In this document: positions 1-9,199 of the stretch, piece after piece
How positions within the stretch are numbered: position 1 is the first letter of the stretch
Layout of the letters: each line of letters begins with the position of its first letter
Source: Bacteroidales bacterium
GTDB lineage: Bacteria; Bacteroidota; Bacteroidia; Bacteroidales; WCHB1-69
Direction: 5' to 3'
Assembly: GCA_016282395.1 (NCBI GenBank)
Contig: JAEEKL010000210.1
Coordinates: forward strand, 1-40,278
DNA length: 40,278 bases
Program-made: the position numbers and the translations under genes
The notes under the pieces: model-generated
Database searches by the model: none
Seen by the model: the letters and a program-made list of their open reading frames with translations, nothing else
Told to the model about the DNA's origin: nothing

Positions 1-228
1 AAGCCCCGGTTTATTTGGTCTTTCAACCCATAAGGTTTACCCCCGCCGGCATCACTGACGGCGGCGTGAGCTCTTACCTCACGTTTTCACCCTTACCCGA
101 CAAGCGGGCGGTATCCTTTCTGTTGCACTGTCTGTCACGCTTTCACGTGCCTTCCCGTTAGGAAGTATGGTGCTCTGCGTTGCCCGGACTTTCCTCAGCC
201 TCACGGCCGCGACAACTCGGTTTTCCTT
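1..228 (-). ncRNA. rnpB: RNase P RNA, 5' part (3' end lies beyond the left edge of the window)
   Basis: The minus strand reads GAGGAAAGTCCGGGCAAC (universal P4 motif, core at 186-196), then AGTGCAACAGAAA, GGGTGAAA..GGTAAGAGC and GGTAAACC....GACCAAATA in the order expected for bacterial type A RNase P RNA. The exact 5' end is approximate. Confidence 0.95.
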
Positions 229-308
229 TTTGGACTTACAATGCGTGAATAATGATTTGTGAGCTGTTTGACAATTCGCCAATCACTATTCACTGACCAA
301 TAGTCATA

Positions 309-1439
309 TTAGTAATTCAGCATCACCGGCATAATCAGCATCAGCACGTCTTCATTCTCATCATGTTGCGTCGTGGGGGCGATAAGAGCCGCGCGCGACG
401 GTTTGGAGAAGGACATGCGGATGATATCTGCGTCAAGGTTCTCAATCATTTCGCGCAAGAAACGGGAGTTGAACCCGATTTCCATGGGTTCGCCATTGTA
501 CTCGCACTGGATGCTTTCAGCGCCTTTGTAAGAGAAATCCATATCCTCGGCAGTAAGATTAAGACCAGTTTCCGACAATGAGAGACGGACTTGGAAGGTG
601 GACTGGCTGGAGTAGTTGCCCAAACGGCGTATGGACTTCAAAAACTCGTCACGGCCAATGGTCAGCACATTCGGATTCTCTTTGGGAATAACTGACTCAT
701 AATTAGGATATTTACCTTCCTTCAACGAAGAATAAAGTTCAAAGTTGCCGAAAGAGAAACGGATGTGGTGGGTTTCGTCAGAATAATCCACATGAACCGT
801 GTCATTGAAGTTCGTAAGGATATTTTTAAGGTGCGCGATAGGTTTCTTGGGCAGAATGAAGGAGGAGAACTCCTCTGTCTTCACTTCTGCATTGTGGTAA
901 CGAACCAACTTGTGTGCGTCCGTAGCCACAAAGGTGACATGGTCGGCAGAAAGTTCGCAGAGAACTCCCATCATGTTCGGACGAAGCTCATCGTTGCCCG
1001 TGGCAAAAATCGTCTTGCTAATGGCACGTTGCAGCACTGTGGCGCGGATGTCGAAGCTCTTGGGCGACTCTATCGGCTTCACCGTCGGATATTCATCGCT
1101 TGGGAAACAAGGGGCACCGTATTCGCCATTGGAAGACGTAAATTTCAAAATGTTATTCTCTGTATCAATGACAAAAACAAGCGGCATGTCCGGCATCAGC
1201 TTCAAGGTCTCAAGCAGAATCTTGGCGGGTACGGCCACTGAGCCTTCTCCCTCCACATTGTCCAACTCAATTACAGATGTCATCGTGGATTCCAAGTCTG
1301 AAGCTGTAAGTTTCAACTGATCACCTACAATAGTTACTAAAAAATTGTCAAGGATAGGCATGGTGCTGTTCGTTCCCATCACGCCACTGATGGCACTTAA
1401 ATTGCGATATAACAAGTCGCTTGATACGATGAATTTCAT
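309..1439 (-). CDS. dnaN: DNA polymerase III beta sliding clamp
   Basis: 376 aa with motifs TMPILDNFL, ASDLE, VATDAHKL, GKYPNYESVIP, IGFNSRFL and C-terminal LIMPV. Confidence 0.97.
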   Translation of the reverse strand: MKFIVSSDLLYRNLSAISGVMGTNSTMPILDNFLVTIVGDQLKLTASDLESTMTSVIELDNVEGEGSVAVPAKILLETLKLMPDMPLVFVIDTENNILKFTSSNGEYGAPCFPSDEYPTVKPIESPKSFDIRATVLQRAISKTIFATGNDELRPNMMGVLCELSADHVTFVATDAHKLVRYHNAEVKTEEFSSFILPKKPIAHLKNILTNFNDTVHVDYSDETHHIRFSFGNFELYSSLKEGKYPNYESVIPKENPNVLTIGRDEFLKSIRRLGNYSSQSTFQVRLSLSETGLNLTAEDMDFSYKGAESIQCEYNGEPMEIGFNSRFLREMIENLDADIIRMSFSKPSRAALIAPTTQHDENEDVLMLIMPVMLNY

Positions 1440-1465
1440 GTTTTTTTGTTTTTTATTTCAAACTG

Positions 1466-1473
1466 CAAAAATA
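1466..1473 (-). promoter_or_regulatory. Bacteroidota sigma-A -7 box (TATTTTTG) for dnaN
   Basis: Matches TAnnTTTG, about 27 nt upstream of the ATG. Confidence 0.7.
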
Positions 1474-1535
1474 CAAAAAAAAGGATATGCACGGACAATG
1501 AAATTTCACCCTACGGAGACGATTGCACCCCATCA

Positions 1536-2129
1536 CTACAATGACGGGGCATCCTCATTCCGCACCCTTACCATCTCCTCCAATTCGGCATACCAATCTT
1601 CGCCATATTTCGCAATCAATGGTTCTTTAAGAAAACGAAAAACAGGAATTTTCAGACGGTTACCGTTCTCCACCGCCGTCTTGCATATTGACCAGTGGTC
1701 ATAGTTCAACGCCTCGTAATCTCCCACTCTGCTGACCCGAATCGGATACAGATAGCAGGAAATCGGCTTCCTGAACGGGATTTCCTGATTCAAAAAGCAT
1801 CTCTCAACAGCGCATTTGGCGATACCGTCCTCAAAATAGGTGAAGGCGCAGGCATCATTGCTCACCATCAGCGGTGTCTCGAACGAATCCTCGCCATTGA
1901 AGACGAAAGTGCCGCCGTCTTCCACAACGGCGACACCTTCTTCGGTCATATATTTCTGAAAGTCAGGATAATACTCTTCAAGTTCAGCCACTTCCTCGGG
2001 AGCCACAGGCGCACCCAAGTCCCCTTCCACACAACAAAGTCCCCTACACTGCTCTATGTCACAGCAGAAGCACTTGTCTATCAGTTCTTCTGACACGAGA
2101 ACATTCCCAACAATCAGCATTGTATCCAA
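1536..2129 (-). CDS. DUF3109 family Cys-rich protein (start may be the ATG at 2120)
   Basis: FCCDIEQCRGLCCVEGDLGAP and KPISCYLYPIRV patterns, typical of the Bacteroidota DUF3109 family. Confidence 0.85.
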   Translation of the reverse strand: MDTMLIVGNVLVSEELIDKCFCCDIEQCRGLCCVEGDLGAPVAPEEVAELEEYYPDFQKYMTEEGVAVVEDGGTFVFNGEDSFETPLMVSNDACAFTYFEDGIAKCAVERCFLNQEIPFRKPISCYLYPIRVSRVGDYEALNYDHWSICKTAVENGNRLKIPVFRFLKEPLIAKYGEDWYAELEEMVRVRNEDAPSL

Positions 2130-2132
2130 CTA

Positions 2133-3509
2133 TTAGCCAAGACGTTTAAACTGACAAGTGAAATGGCGCATCAGTTCAGCCTCCCAAGTGATTTCCAAAC
2201 CGCGTTTGATAGTGTCGCGGCGGTCATAAACGTTCTTGAGGGCGGCGGCGATCACATCCATGTGGTTGTTCGTATATACGCGGCGCGGAATGCACAGACG
2301 CACAAAGTCATTGCCTCCGAAGCGGTTCTCACGGGTCACGGGATCGCGGTCAGCGAGCACATAACCGATCTCACAGGCGCGGATACCGGCCTCAAGATAG
2401 AGTTCGCATGTAAGCGTTTGCGCCGGGAACTCCTCCTTGGGAATGTTGGTGAGCACCTTGTCCGCATCCACGAAGATGGCGTGGCCACCAGCAGGACGCT
2501 GGTAAGGAATACCGTATTCATCCAGCTTGTCAGCAAGATACTTCACCTGTTTAATACGGGTCTCAACCATGTCGAACTCGATATTCTCCTTCAAACCAAC
2601 GGCTAAAGCATCCATATCGCGACCGTTCATACCACCGTATGTCAGGAAGCCCTCAAAAGGAATGCAGAACAGCTTGGCTCCCTCATACCACTCTTTCTTG
2701 TTGGTGGCGATGAAACCGCCCATATTAACCAGACCGTCCTTCTTGGCACTCATCGTCATGCTGTCGGCATAGCCGAACATCTCCTTGCAAATCTCGCGCA
2801 AGGTCTTGTTGGCATAACCTTCCTCGCGGGTCTTGATGAAGTACGCGTTTTCGATGAAACGGGCACTGTCGATGTTGACGGGCACTCCGTACTTATGACA
2901 AAGTTCGCAGGTTTCACGGATATTCTTCATGCTGACCGGCTGACCGCCAACGGTGTTGTTCGTGACGGTGAGCACCATGAACGGGACATTGCCTTTGTTC
3001 TCTTGCAGCACCTTCTCCAGCTTCTCCAAGCTGACATTACCCTTGAAAGGAACTTCCAACTGAGTATCGTATGCCTCGGGAACGGTGACATCGATGGCAA
3101 ATGCCTTACGGCTTTCAATGTGGCCTTTCGTGGTATCAAAGTGTGCATTTCCGGGAATGACCTGACCGGGTTTCACCAAATAACTGAACAACACATTCTC
3201 GGCCGCGCGACCTTGGTGAGTCGGGATAACAAACTCAAATCCAGTCAATTCAGTAATCGTATCCTTCATGTGGTAGAAGGAACGTGCACCGCCGTAACTC
3301 TCATCGCCCATCATCATGGCGCTCCACTGGCGGTCACTCATAGCACCCGTACCAGAATCGGTCAACAGGTCGATGTAAACATAATCGCTCTTCAGCATGA
3401 AAATGTTCTGGTGGGCTTCTTCAAGCCATTTTTCTCTTTCTTCTCTTGTGGATTTCTTAATGGGTTCAACCATCTTTATTTTCCACGCTTCTGCAAATGG
3501 TAATTCCAT
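2133..3509 (-). CDS. tnaA: Tryptophanase (PLP beta-eliminating lyase, Bacteroides type)
   Basis: IDLLTDSGT, THQGRAAE, DSARF, SAKKD (PLP Lys), RLCIPRRVY and C-terminal MRHFT. Closely resembles Bacteroides tryptophanase as I recall it; tyrosine phenol-lyase is not fully excluded. Confidence 0.88.
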   Translation of the reverse strand: MELPFAEAWKIKMVEPIKKSTREEREKWLEEAHQNIFMLKSDYVYIDLLTDSGTGAMSDRQWSAMMMGDESYGGARSFYHMKDTITELTGFEFVIPTHQGRAAENVLFSYLVKPGQVIPGNAHFDTTKGHIESRKAFAIDVTVPEAYDTQLEVPFKGNVSLEKLEKVLQENKGNVPFMVLTVTNNTVGGQPVSMKNIRETCELCHKYGVPVNIDSARFIENAYFIKTREEGYANKTLREICKEMFGYADSMTMSAKKDGLVNMGGFIATNKKEWYEGAKLFCIPFEGFLTYGGMNGRDMDALAVGLKENIEFDMVETRIKQVKYLADKLDEYGIPYQRPAGGHAIFVDADKVLTNIPKEEFPAQTLTCELYLEAGIRACEIGYVLADRDPVTRENRFGGNDFVRLCIPRRVYTNNHMDVIAAALKNVYDRRDTIKRGLEITWEAELMRHFTCQFKRLG

Positions 3510-3570
3510 AAATCTATAATTGGTTATTAAATAAATTATTAAGTGATTTTATTGTCTTTTCTTTATTTAA

Positions 3571-4164
3571 TCAAAAATCCTGAACATGTCCTAACGTGCC
3601 GTCTTCGTTGTAGAAACGCCATTCACCAACCTGGCGCCCGTTTTTGTATTCACCTGTATAACGGACATTTCCGTTGGAATAATAGACGGTATAGCGGCCT
3701 TCTTCCTTGCCGTCAACATAATACGCTTTTGTCTGGACGGTGCCATCCGGAAAATAGGCATACCACAAACCATCGCGGTTGTCAGCATGAATATTGCCGT
3801 CTATATATTTTTGGTGGTTATCATAATAATGGGTCTCGTGCGCTAATTCGGAAGTGGGGTTTCCGGCACTGTCTGGAACATAATAGGCCACCACTTTGGG
3901 ATTGTCGTTCTCATACTTCTTCAGTACCACACGATTATACAATGAGTCCACGAAATCCACAGGCGGAAAGACATGGAGGCTGTCCATGAATGCCTGTTCC
4001 GCATCGGTGATTTGTTTTTTCTTGTCGTGATTTGAAATGGCTGAATACACCAAAGCAACGCCTAAAAGACCGATAGCGACGCAAAGCAGAACTATATGTG
4101 TCAAGCCAAACGGCCGCTCAGTCATTTCGCCAGCATTCTTTTCCTTATTATCTTCCATCCGCAA
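3571..4164 (-). CDS. Membrane-anchored MORN-variant repeat (YwqK-like) protein
   Basis: One N-terminal TM helix, then GLWYAYFPDG / GRYTVYYSNG / GEWRFYNEDG repeats. Confidence 0.8.
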   Translation of the reverse strand: MRMEDNKEKNAGEMTERPFGLTHIVLLCVAIGLLGVALVYSAISNHDKKKQITDAEQAFMDSLHVFPPVDFVDSLYNRVVLKKYENDNPKVVAYYVPDSAGNPTSELAHETHYYDNHQKYIDGNIHADNRDGLWYAYFPDGTVQTKAYYVDGKEEGRYTVYYSNGNVRYTGEYKNGRQVGEWRFYNEDGTLGHVQDF

Positions 4165-4166
4165 GT

Positions 4167-4910
4167 TTATTTTTTCTTCTTAAAAGATCGGTTCAGTTCC
4201 TCAATCACCTCATTTGTGATATCATGGGCGGGATCAGCATACAGCAACTGACCGCCATCCTGATAAGTAAAGATGTAAGAGGCGTTATACGAGGCGTTTA
4301 CACGTTGTGCAGCAGCGTTCAAGGAATCTGCCATCTGCTCCAACGCCGCCGCATAGCGGGATTGGAAATCCTCCATATAGTTACTATAGTCACGCTGCAG
4401 GCGCGTGCTCTCCTCCTGAAGTGACTGCTGGGCGTATTGGGCCTGCTGCGGGGTCAGAGAACCGGAACTGTAATTCTTCTCGAAATTGGCAGCCTTGGTC
4501 TCCAATGCCTTCTGGCGGTTGTTGAAGATCACCTCCTGTTTCTGCTGCTCTGCCTCCAAGGTGTCCTTCAGAATCTTCACCATCTCGTACTTCTCATTCA
4601 CTGAGTCAATATTGATATAGACCACCTCGCCGGTGCCCACTTCGACAGGTTTCGGTGCCACCGTGGCTTTTTTGTTATTGCCGGCAAAATGCAGGATGAA
4701 CAATGCTATCACTGCCGCCGCCAGCACACCTTCAACAATCCAATGACAGAGAGAGGAATTATTTTTGCATGAAGGTTTTGCCACTTCCTTTTCAGGGGAT
4801 TCCACGGGTTTGTTCTCCACCACAAAACCTTTCTCATCCACAACGGTTGCAGTATTTTCCACAACCTCGCTTTTCATTTCTTCGTTCTTCTCTTCAAAAA
4901 TTTCTTCCAT
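4167..4910 (-). CDS. ompH: OmpH/Skp family chaperone with N-terminal membrane anchor
   Basis: VVYINIDSV, a long Gln/Glu coiled coil, and C-terminal LLYADPAHDITNEVIEELN. Confidence 0.85.
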   Translation of the reverse strand: MEEIFEEKNEEMKSEVVENTATVVDEKGFVVENKPVESPEKEVAKPSCKNNSSLCHWIVEGVLAAAVIALFILHFAGNNKKATVAPKPVEVGTGEVVYINIDSVNEKYEMVKILKDTLEAEQQKQEVIFNNRQKALETKAANFEKNYSSGSLTPQQAQYAQQSLQEESTRLQRDYSNYMEDFQSRYAAALEQMADSLNAAAQRVNASYNASYIFTYQDGGQLLYADPAHDITNEVIEELNRSFKKKK

Positions 4911-4928
4911 ACTATTAATTTTCTATTA

Positions 4929-4967
4929 TCAAATAAAGTTCATCGTTTCATCGTATCATTGCCTCAT
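4929..4967 (-). repeat. Octamer array ATGAGGCA-ATGATACG-ATGAAACG-ATGAAC
   Basis: Period-8 degenerate repeat starting 2 nt after the recQ stop; read directly from the sequence. Confidence 0.75.
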
Positions 4968-4969
4968 TT

Positions 4970-7171
4970 TTAATTCCCCACATCTGATAAGTACTTGATT
5001 CTCATTATCCGAATCTCTTCCATCGTGTATTCGTCCTCGCCCAACACACGCAAAGCCTCTTCTGCGGAATCGGTATCGGCATTGGCAAAATAGTCGATAA
5101 TATCTTCTTGGTGATACGGTTCTATTTCCTCGTCGATATAGTAGGAAATGTCGATTTTTGCCCCGGAGGCCACAATATGTTCGATTTCAGTCAGCAGCTC
5201 GTCCATGTCCAAACCCTTGGCGATGGCGATATCCTCAAAGCTGATCTTATGGTCAATACCCTGGATGATAAACAGTTTGTTGGCAGACTTCTTGGCCACG
5301 GTCTTCAACACAAAGTCCTGCGGGCGATCGATTTCGTTCTCCTCAACATACTGTTTGATAAGTTCGATGAAACGTCGTCCGTACTTTTGCGCCTTGCCAG
5401 GACCGACACCCACCACGCGGGTCATCTCCTCCATGGTAATCGGGTATTGGATACACATGTCCTCCAATGACGGATCCTGGAAAATGATGAACGGCGGAAG
5501 ATTTTCCTCCTTGGAGATAGTTTTTCGCAGGTCTTTCAGCAGACTGAAGAGCACGGTGTCAAACGCTTCCTCAACATTGCCCGCAACGGCATCCACCGCC
5601 TCGTCATCATCTTCGTCCTCCTCCGTGACAGGTTTGATAGCCATAATCGGATAGGGATTGGTCATATATTTCATGCCCTTGTCCGTAATCTTAAGCAGAC
5701 CATAGTTTTCAATATCTTTGGCAATAAGATTGTCAAAAATGGAGACTCGCACGATATTGGACCAGAATTTCGCGTCATAGTCCATGCCCTCGCCAAATTG
5801 TTTGAGTTTCTCGTGATGGAATTTCAGGATGGAAGTGGTCTTGTTGCCGCAGATAATATCGACAATCTGATCCTCCTTAAATTGCTGTTTGACAGCTTGT
5901 ATCACCTCCAGCAGCAGCTGGATTTGCTCGGAGGCATCCATCTTCGGTTTCGGGTGGTTGCAGTTATCACAGTTGTGGCAGTTCTCCTCATTGTAATTTT
6001 CGCCGAAATAATGCAGCAGGTGTTTCCGGCGGCAGTTGGTGGACTCGGCGTATGAGGCGGTTTCGGCCAGAAGCTGTTTCACGATTTCCTGTTCCGAAAC
6101 GGATTTCTTTGCCGAAAATTTTTCCAATTTGTTGAGATCCTTCTGGTCGTAGAAAGCGATGCAGAGACCCTCGCCGTCATCACGTCCGGCACGGCCCGTC
6201 TCTTGATAATAACCCTCAAGACTCTTGGGCATGTCGTAGTGAATCACAAAGCGTACATCCGGTTTGTCAATGCCCATGCCGAAGGCGATGGTAGCCACAA
6301 TAATGTCAGCCTTTTCCATCAGGAAGTCGTCCTGGTTCTGCACGCGTGTTTTGGAGTCCAGGCCTGCGTGATACGGCAATGCACGGATTCCATTCTCCTG
6401 CAGCAGAACTGCCAGTTCCTCCACCTTCTTACGGCTCAAACAGTAGATAATCCCCGATTTCCCAGGATGGTTTTTGATAAACTTAACCACCTCTTTGTCA
6501 ACATCTTTCGTCTTCTCACGAATTTCATAGTAGAGGTTCGGGCGATTGAAAGAGGAGATAAACACCTCAGCCTTTTCCATGCCGAGATTCTTCTGTATGT
6601 CGCTCTGCACTTTCGGGGTGGCTGTGGCGGTTAAAGCGATAACCGGCACATTCTTTCCAATCTGTTGGATTATTTTCCGTATATTTCGGTATTCCGGGCG
6701 GAAATCGTGCCCCCACTCTGAAATACAGTGGGCTTCATCAATGGCATAAAAGGATATGTTAATATCCTGGAAAAAATTCACGTTTTCCTCCTTGGTCAAC
6801 GATTCCGGAGCCACATAAAGCAGTTTGGTCTTACCAGAAATCAGGTCTTTTTTCACCTCGGCGATTTCGGCCTTGTTCAACGATGAATTCAGAAAATGTG
6901 CAATCCCGCGGTCGGTGCCGAAAGTGCGGATGGCATCCACCTGATTCTTCATCAGCGCAATCAGCGGAGAAATCACAATGGCCGTACCCTCGCTCATCAG
7001 CGCGGGGAGCTGGTAGCACATCGACTTGCCGCCGCCAGTGGGCATTATGACAAAACAATCTTTCCCTTTCAGCAACGTCTTGATGATCTTCTGCTGGTCA
7101 CCTTTGAACGAATCAAAGCCGAAAACCGTTTTCAATGTCTGAAAAATAGCTTTATCTGTAATTCTCTTCAT
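4970..7171 (-). CDS. recQ: ATP-dependent DNA helicase RecQ
   Basis: MPTGGGKS Walker [27 protein letters not shown], Zn motif CRR..CHNCDNC, RQC and HRDC domains. Confidence 0.97.
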   Translation of the reverse strand: MKRITDKAIFQTLKTVFGFDSFKGDQQKIIKTLLKGKDCFVIMPTGGGKSMCYQLPALMSEGTAIVISPLIALMKNQVDAIRTFGTDRGIAHFLNSSLNKAEIAEVKKDLISGKTKLLYVAPESLTKEENVNFFQDINISFYAIDEAHCISEWGHDFRPEYRNIRKIIQQIGKNVPVIALTATATPKVQSDIQKNLGMEKAEVFISSFNRPNLYYEIREKTKDVDKEVVKFIKNHPGKSGIIYCLSRKKVEELAVLLQENGIRALPYHAGLDSKTRVQNQDDFLMEKADIIVATIAFGMGIDKPDVRFVIHYDMPKSLEGYYQETGRAGRDDGEGLCIAFYDQKDLNKLEKFSAKKSVSEQEIVKQLLAETASYAESTNCRRKHLLHYFGENYNEENCHNCDNCNHPKPKMDASEQIQLLLEVIQAVKQQFKEDQIVDIICGNKTTSILKFHHEKLKQFGEGMDYDAKFWSNIVRVSIFDNLIAKDIENYGLLKITDKGMKYMTNPYPIMAIKPVTEEDEDDDEAVDAVAGNVEEAFDTVLFSLLKDLRKTISKEENLPPFIIFQDPSLEDMCIQYPITMEEMTRVVGVGPGKAQKYGRRFIELIKQYVEENEIDRPQDFVLKTVAKKSANKLFIIQGIDHKISFEDIAIAKGLDMDELLTEIEHIVASGAKIDISYYIDEEIEPYHQEDIIDYFANADTDSAEEALRVLGEDEYTMEEIRIMRIKYLSDVGN

Positions 7172-7232
7172 GCAAGAAAAAAATTATAATTCAACAAAAA
7201 CAAATGCTTTTTATCTTCCATAAATTCAAGTA

Positions 7233-7240
7233 CAAAGATA
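7233..7240 (-). promoter_or_regulatory. Sigma-A -7 box (TATCTTTG) for the recQ operon
   Basis: Matches TAnnTTTG in the AT-rich intergenic region. Confidence 0.7.
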
Positions 7241-7322
7241 TAAAATATTTGAAATGAAATCACGCAAAAAAATAATAATAATAATTTTTTTTCAACAATG
7301 GGGAATTCACAAGTATTTTCGT

Positions 7323-8153
7323 TCAATATGGTCTCCGAAGAGCGGATTTCACACCGTTTTCTACCGAATAAAACGGTTTCCTGTAGCCCACACGGCGCAA
7401 ATCACTCAAATCAGGTCGGAATGGGGTTCCCAACTTGTCAGGGTCAAACGGTTGAGAACGTTCGTATCTGATTCGCGGGGGCAATTTCAAAGCGCGGAAA
7501 AGCGCATTCGCCACCGCCAAATCGGTTCGTTCAAAACCGCTTCCGAGATCGTAAACTCCATTTGCGGGACAGTGCTGCATGAACCAATAGAACACCCGCA
7601 CCGCATCTTGCACATACAGGTAGTCTTGCGTGATGCCGGCATCCCCCTTGTCCTGTTCCGTCTGCAGAATAATGGCTTTTCCCGTTGTCACAATCTGCTG
7701 GTAAAAGGAATAGATGCGGGAGGTTTGCTCCCCTGCAACATCTTCTTTAGACCCATAAATTTCTCCCATCTTGAAAATGTACCAGAATGGAGGCCTGCGA
7801 TATTGCCGTCCTGCCCAGACAACAAACCGGTCGGAGTTGAAATCAGACTCGGACTGTTCCATCGACTGGTGAAAGGCATACAGAAGCGGGACAGAATACC
7901 GGGCAGCAACAGTCCATAGCTTCTGCACAAACTCAAAACGGAACACAGACAACACAGCGTTTGGAATCCGCCTGTCACAATAGATCACCCACTCCATCTC
8001 TCGATAATGAAGTGGGAAAAAACGGAAAAACTCGTCAGTGTCTGTAAACTGAACCAACTCTATTCCCGAAATTGTGTGCCGGGCTTCGGCATCTCGAAGT
8101 TTCGCGGCCATACTGCTGCCCAAAAAACCATCTGCACCTATTAAGACAATCAT
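7323..8153 (-). CDS. Degenerate extended SDR related to ADP-L-glycero-D-manno-heptose 6-epimerase (HldD/RfaD-like)
   Basis: N-terminal GADGFLG, PPFWYIFK..IYG, DYLYVQD, GVYDLGSG and GYRKPFYSVENGV. Start placed at ATG 8153 because a -7 box lies at 8171-8178. No YxxxK at the catalytic position. Confidence 0.75.
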   Translation of the reverse strand: MIVLIGADGFLGSSMAAKLRDAEARHTISGIELVQFTDTDEFFRFFPLHYREMEWVIYCDRRIPNAVLSVFRFEFVQKLWTVAARYSVPLLYAFHQSMEQSESDFNSDRFVVWAGRQYRRPPFWYIFKMGEIYGSKEDVAGEQTSRIYSFYQQIVTTGKAIILQTEQDKGDAGITQDYLYVQDAVRVFYWFMQHCPANGVYDLGSGFERTDLAVANALFRALKLPPRIRYERSQPFDPDKLGTPFRPDLSDLRRVGYRKPFYSVENGVKSALRRPY

Positions 8154-8170
8154 ATTAAAACGAATTGCTG

Positions 8171-8178
8171 CAAAGATA
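8171..8178 (-). promoter_or_regulatory. Sigma-A -7 box (TATCTTTG) for the HldD-like gene
   Basis: TAnnTTTG abutting the U-tract of the upstream terminator. Confidence 0.65.
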
Positions 8179-8204
8179 AAAAAAAACGGACACAAATGTG
8201 TCCG
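8178..8204 (-). terminator. Intrinsic terminator of the T9SS operon
   Basis: CGGACAC-ATTT-GTGTCCG hairpin followed by T9 on the minus strand. Confidence 0.85.
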
Positions 8205-8235
8205 CTTTTTGAAATTATGAAAAAGTTGTTTCTAA

Positions 8236-9177
8236 TTAAAACTCCCAGAGGTCGCTCTCGAATTTCCGAAGATTCTCCGTGATTCTTTCAGATTCGATAC
8301 GTTGGTCTCTCGAATTCGCAATATAATCATCTATTTGACGATCATACACATTTGACTCCTTGTAAATCAGGCTGGAGAAGTCACGTTTCCAAGTAATCAG
8401 ATCGTCAAAAGAGACGCGTGAGGCGTTATTCTTCACATTGAACACCTCCTGTTTAGCCAGGAAAGGACGGAGTTCATTGTAATAGATATAACCGAGTTTT
8501 CTCTTCATCATAACCGCCTTCACATCTTCATCATCTTGATTCTCATCATCATAGTAAGAGCTATTGTTGTTGGGCTTCTCATATTCGATGATGGGCTGGA
8601 GCATAAGAATCTGAACTCTGAAGGTGGAATATTGCTTGTCAAAATACCAAACCTCCTTCACATTATAGGAGATGATATCTTTAGGTTCTAACTGGGTGAC
8701 AAGTTCCTCTTCACCGATTTCCTCACCTGACTCGATATCAATTTTGGTGATTGTCTGCACATTGGCCACCAAGCCTTGCAGTTCATCGCGGGAATAAGGG
8801 AACGTACACATTTCATCGGAATAAACCGGCAAAACACCTTCCGTGCGTTCCGTATTAGCCATATCAATAGCATCGAAAATAGTCTGTCCAAGGCTTCTCC
8901 ATGTACCGCGAACTTCCGTGGGGAAATAGAGCGGATGGTTAACCTTCTCGCGCAAGTCTATAGTGCGCCAAACAGTCCAATAATACATCACATCAGCCTG
9001 ACGTACAGGCGGATATGCAATCGGTTCAGCAAACTCACCGATATTGACCTGTTCCCAAGGATATTCCATAGGGGCACGGACAGGTTGTTCCAGGGTGCTG
9101 CCTTCTGTTTCATCCTCCTGTGCGAAGACGAAACAGACGGCAAACAGCATCATTGTTAATAATGTGAACTTTTTCAT
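8236..9177 (-). CDS. gldN: T9SS/gliding protein GldN/PorN
   Basis: Signal peptide, RQADVMYYWTVWRTIDLREKVNHPLYFP, KEVWYFDK, C-terminal FESDLWEF; operon position. Confidence 0.93.
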   Translation of the reverse strand: MKKFTLLTMMLFAVCFVFAQEDETEGSTLEQPVRAPMEYPWEQVNIGEFAEPIAYPPVRQADVMYYWTVWRTIDLREKVNHPLYFPTEVRGTWRSLGQTIFDAIDMANTERTEGVLPVYSDEMCTFPYSRDELQGLVANVQTITKIDIESGEEIGEEELVTQLEPKDIISYNVKEVWYFDKQYSTFRVQILMLQPIIEYEKPNNNSSYYDDENQDDEDVKAVMMKRKLGYIYYNELRPFLAKQEVFNVKNNASRVSFDDLITWKRDFSSLIYKESNVYDRQIDDYIANSRDQRIESERITENLRKFESDLWEF

Positions 9178-9199
9178 AATTGTATTTGATTTTGATTTA

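Noticed and set aside
79-282. 67-aa minus-strand ORF
   Set aside because: It lies within RNase P RNA and has no protein features.
1490-1514. GGACAATGAAATTTCACCCTAC, a possible decayed REP
   Set aside because: The stem is too degenerate to support.
3571-4164. Toxin-antitoxin module (YwqK label)
   Set aside because: No toxin neighbour; it is a generic MORN-variant membrane protein.
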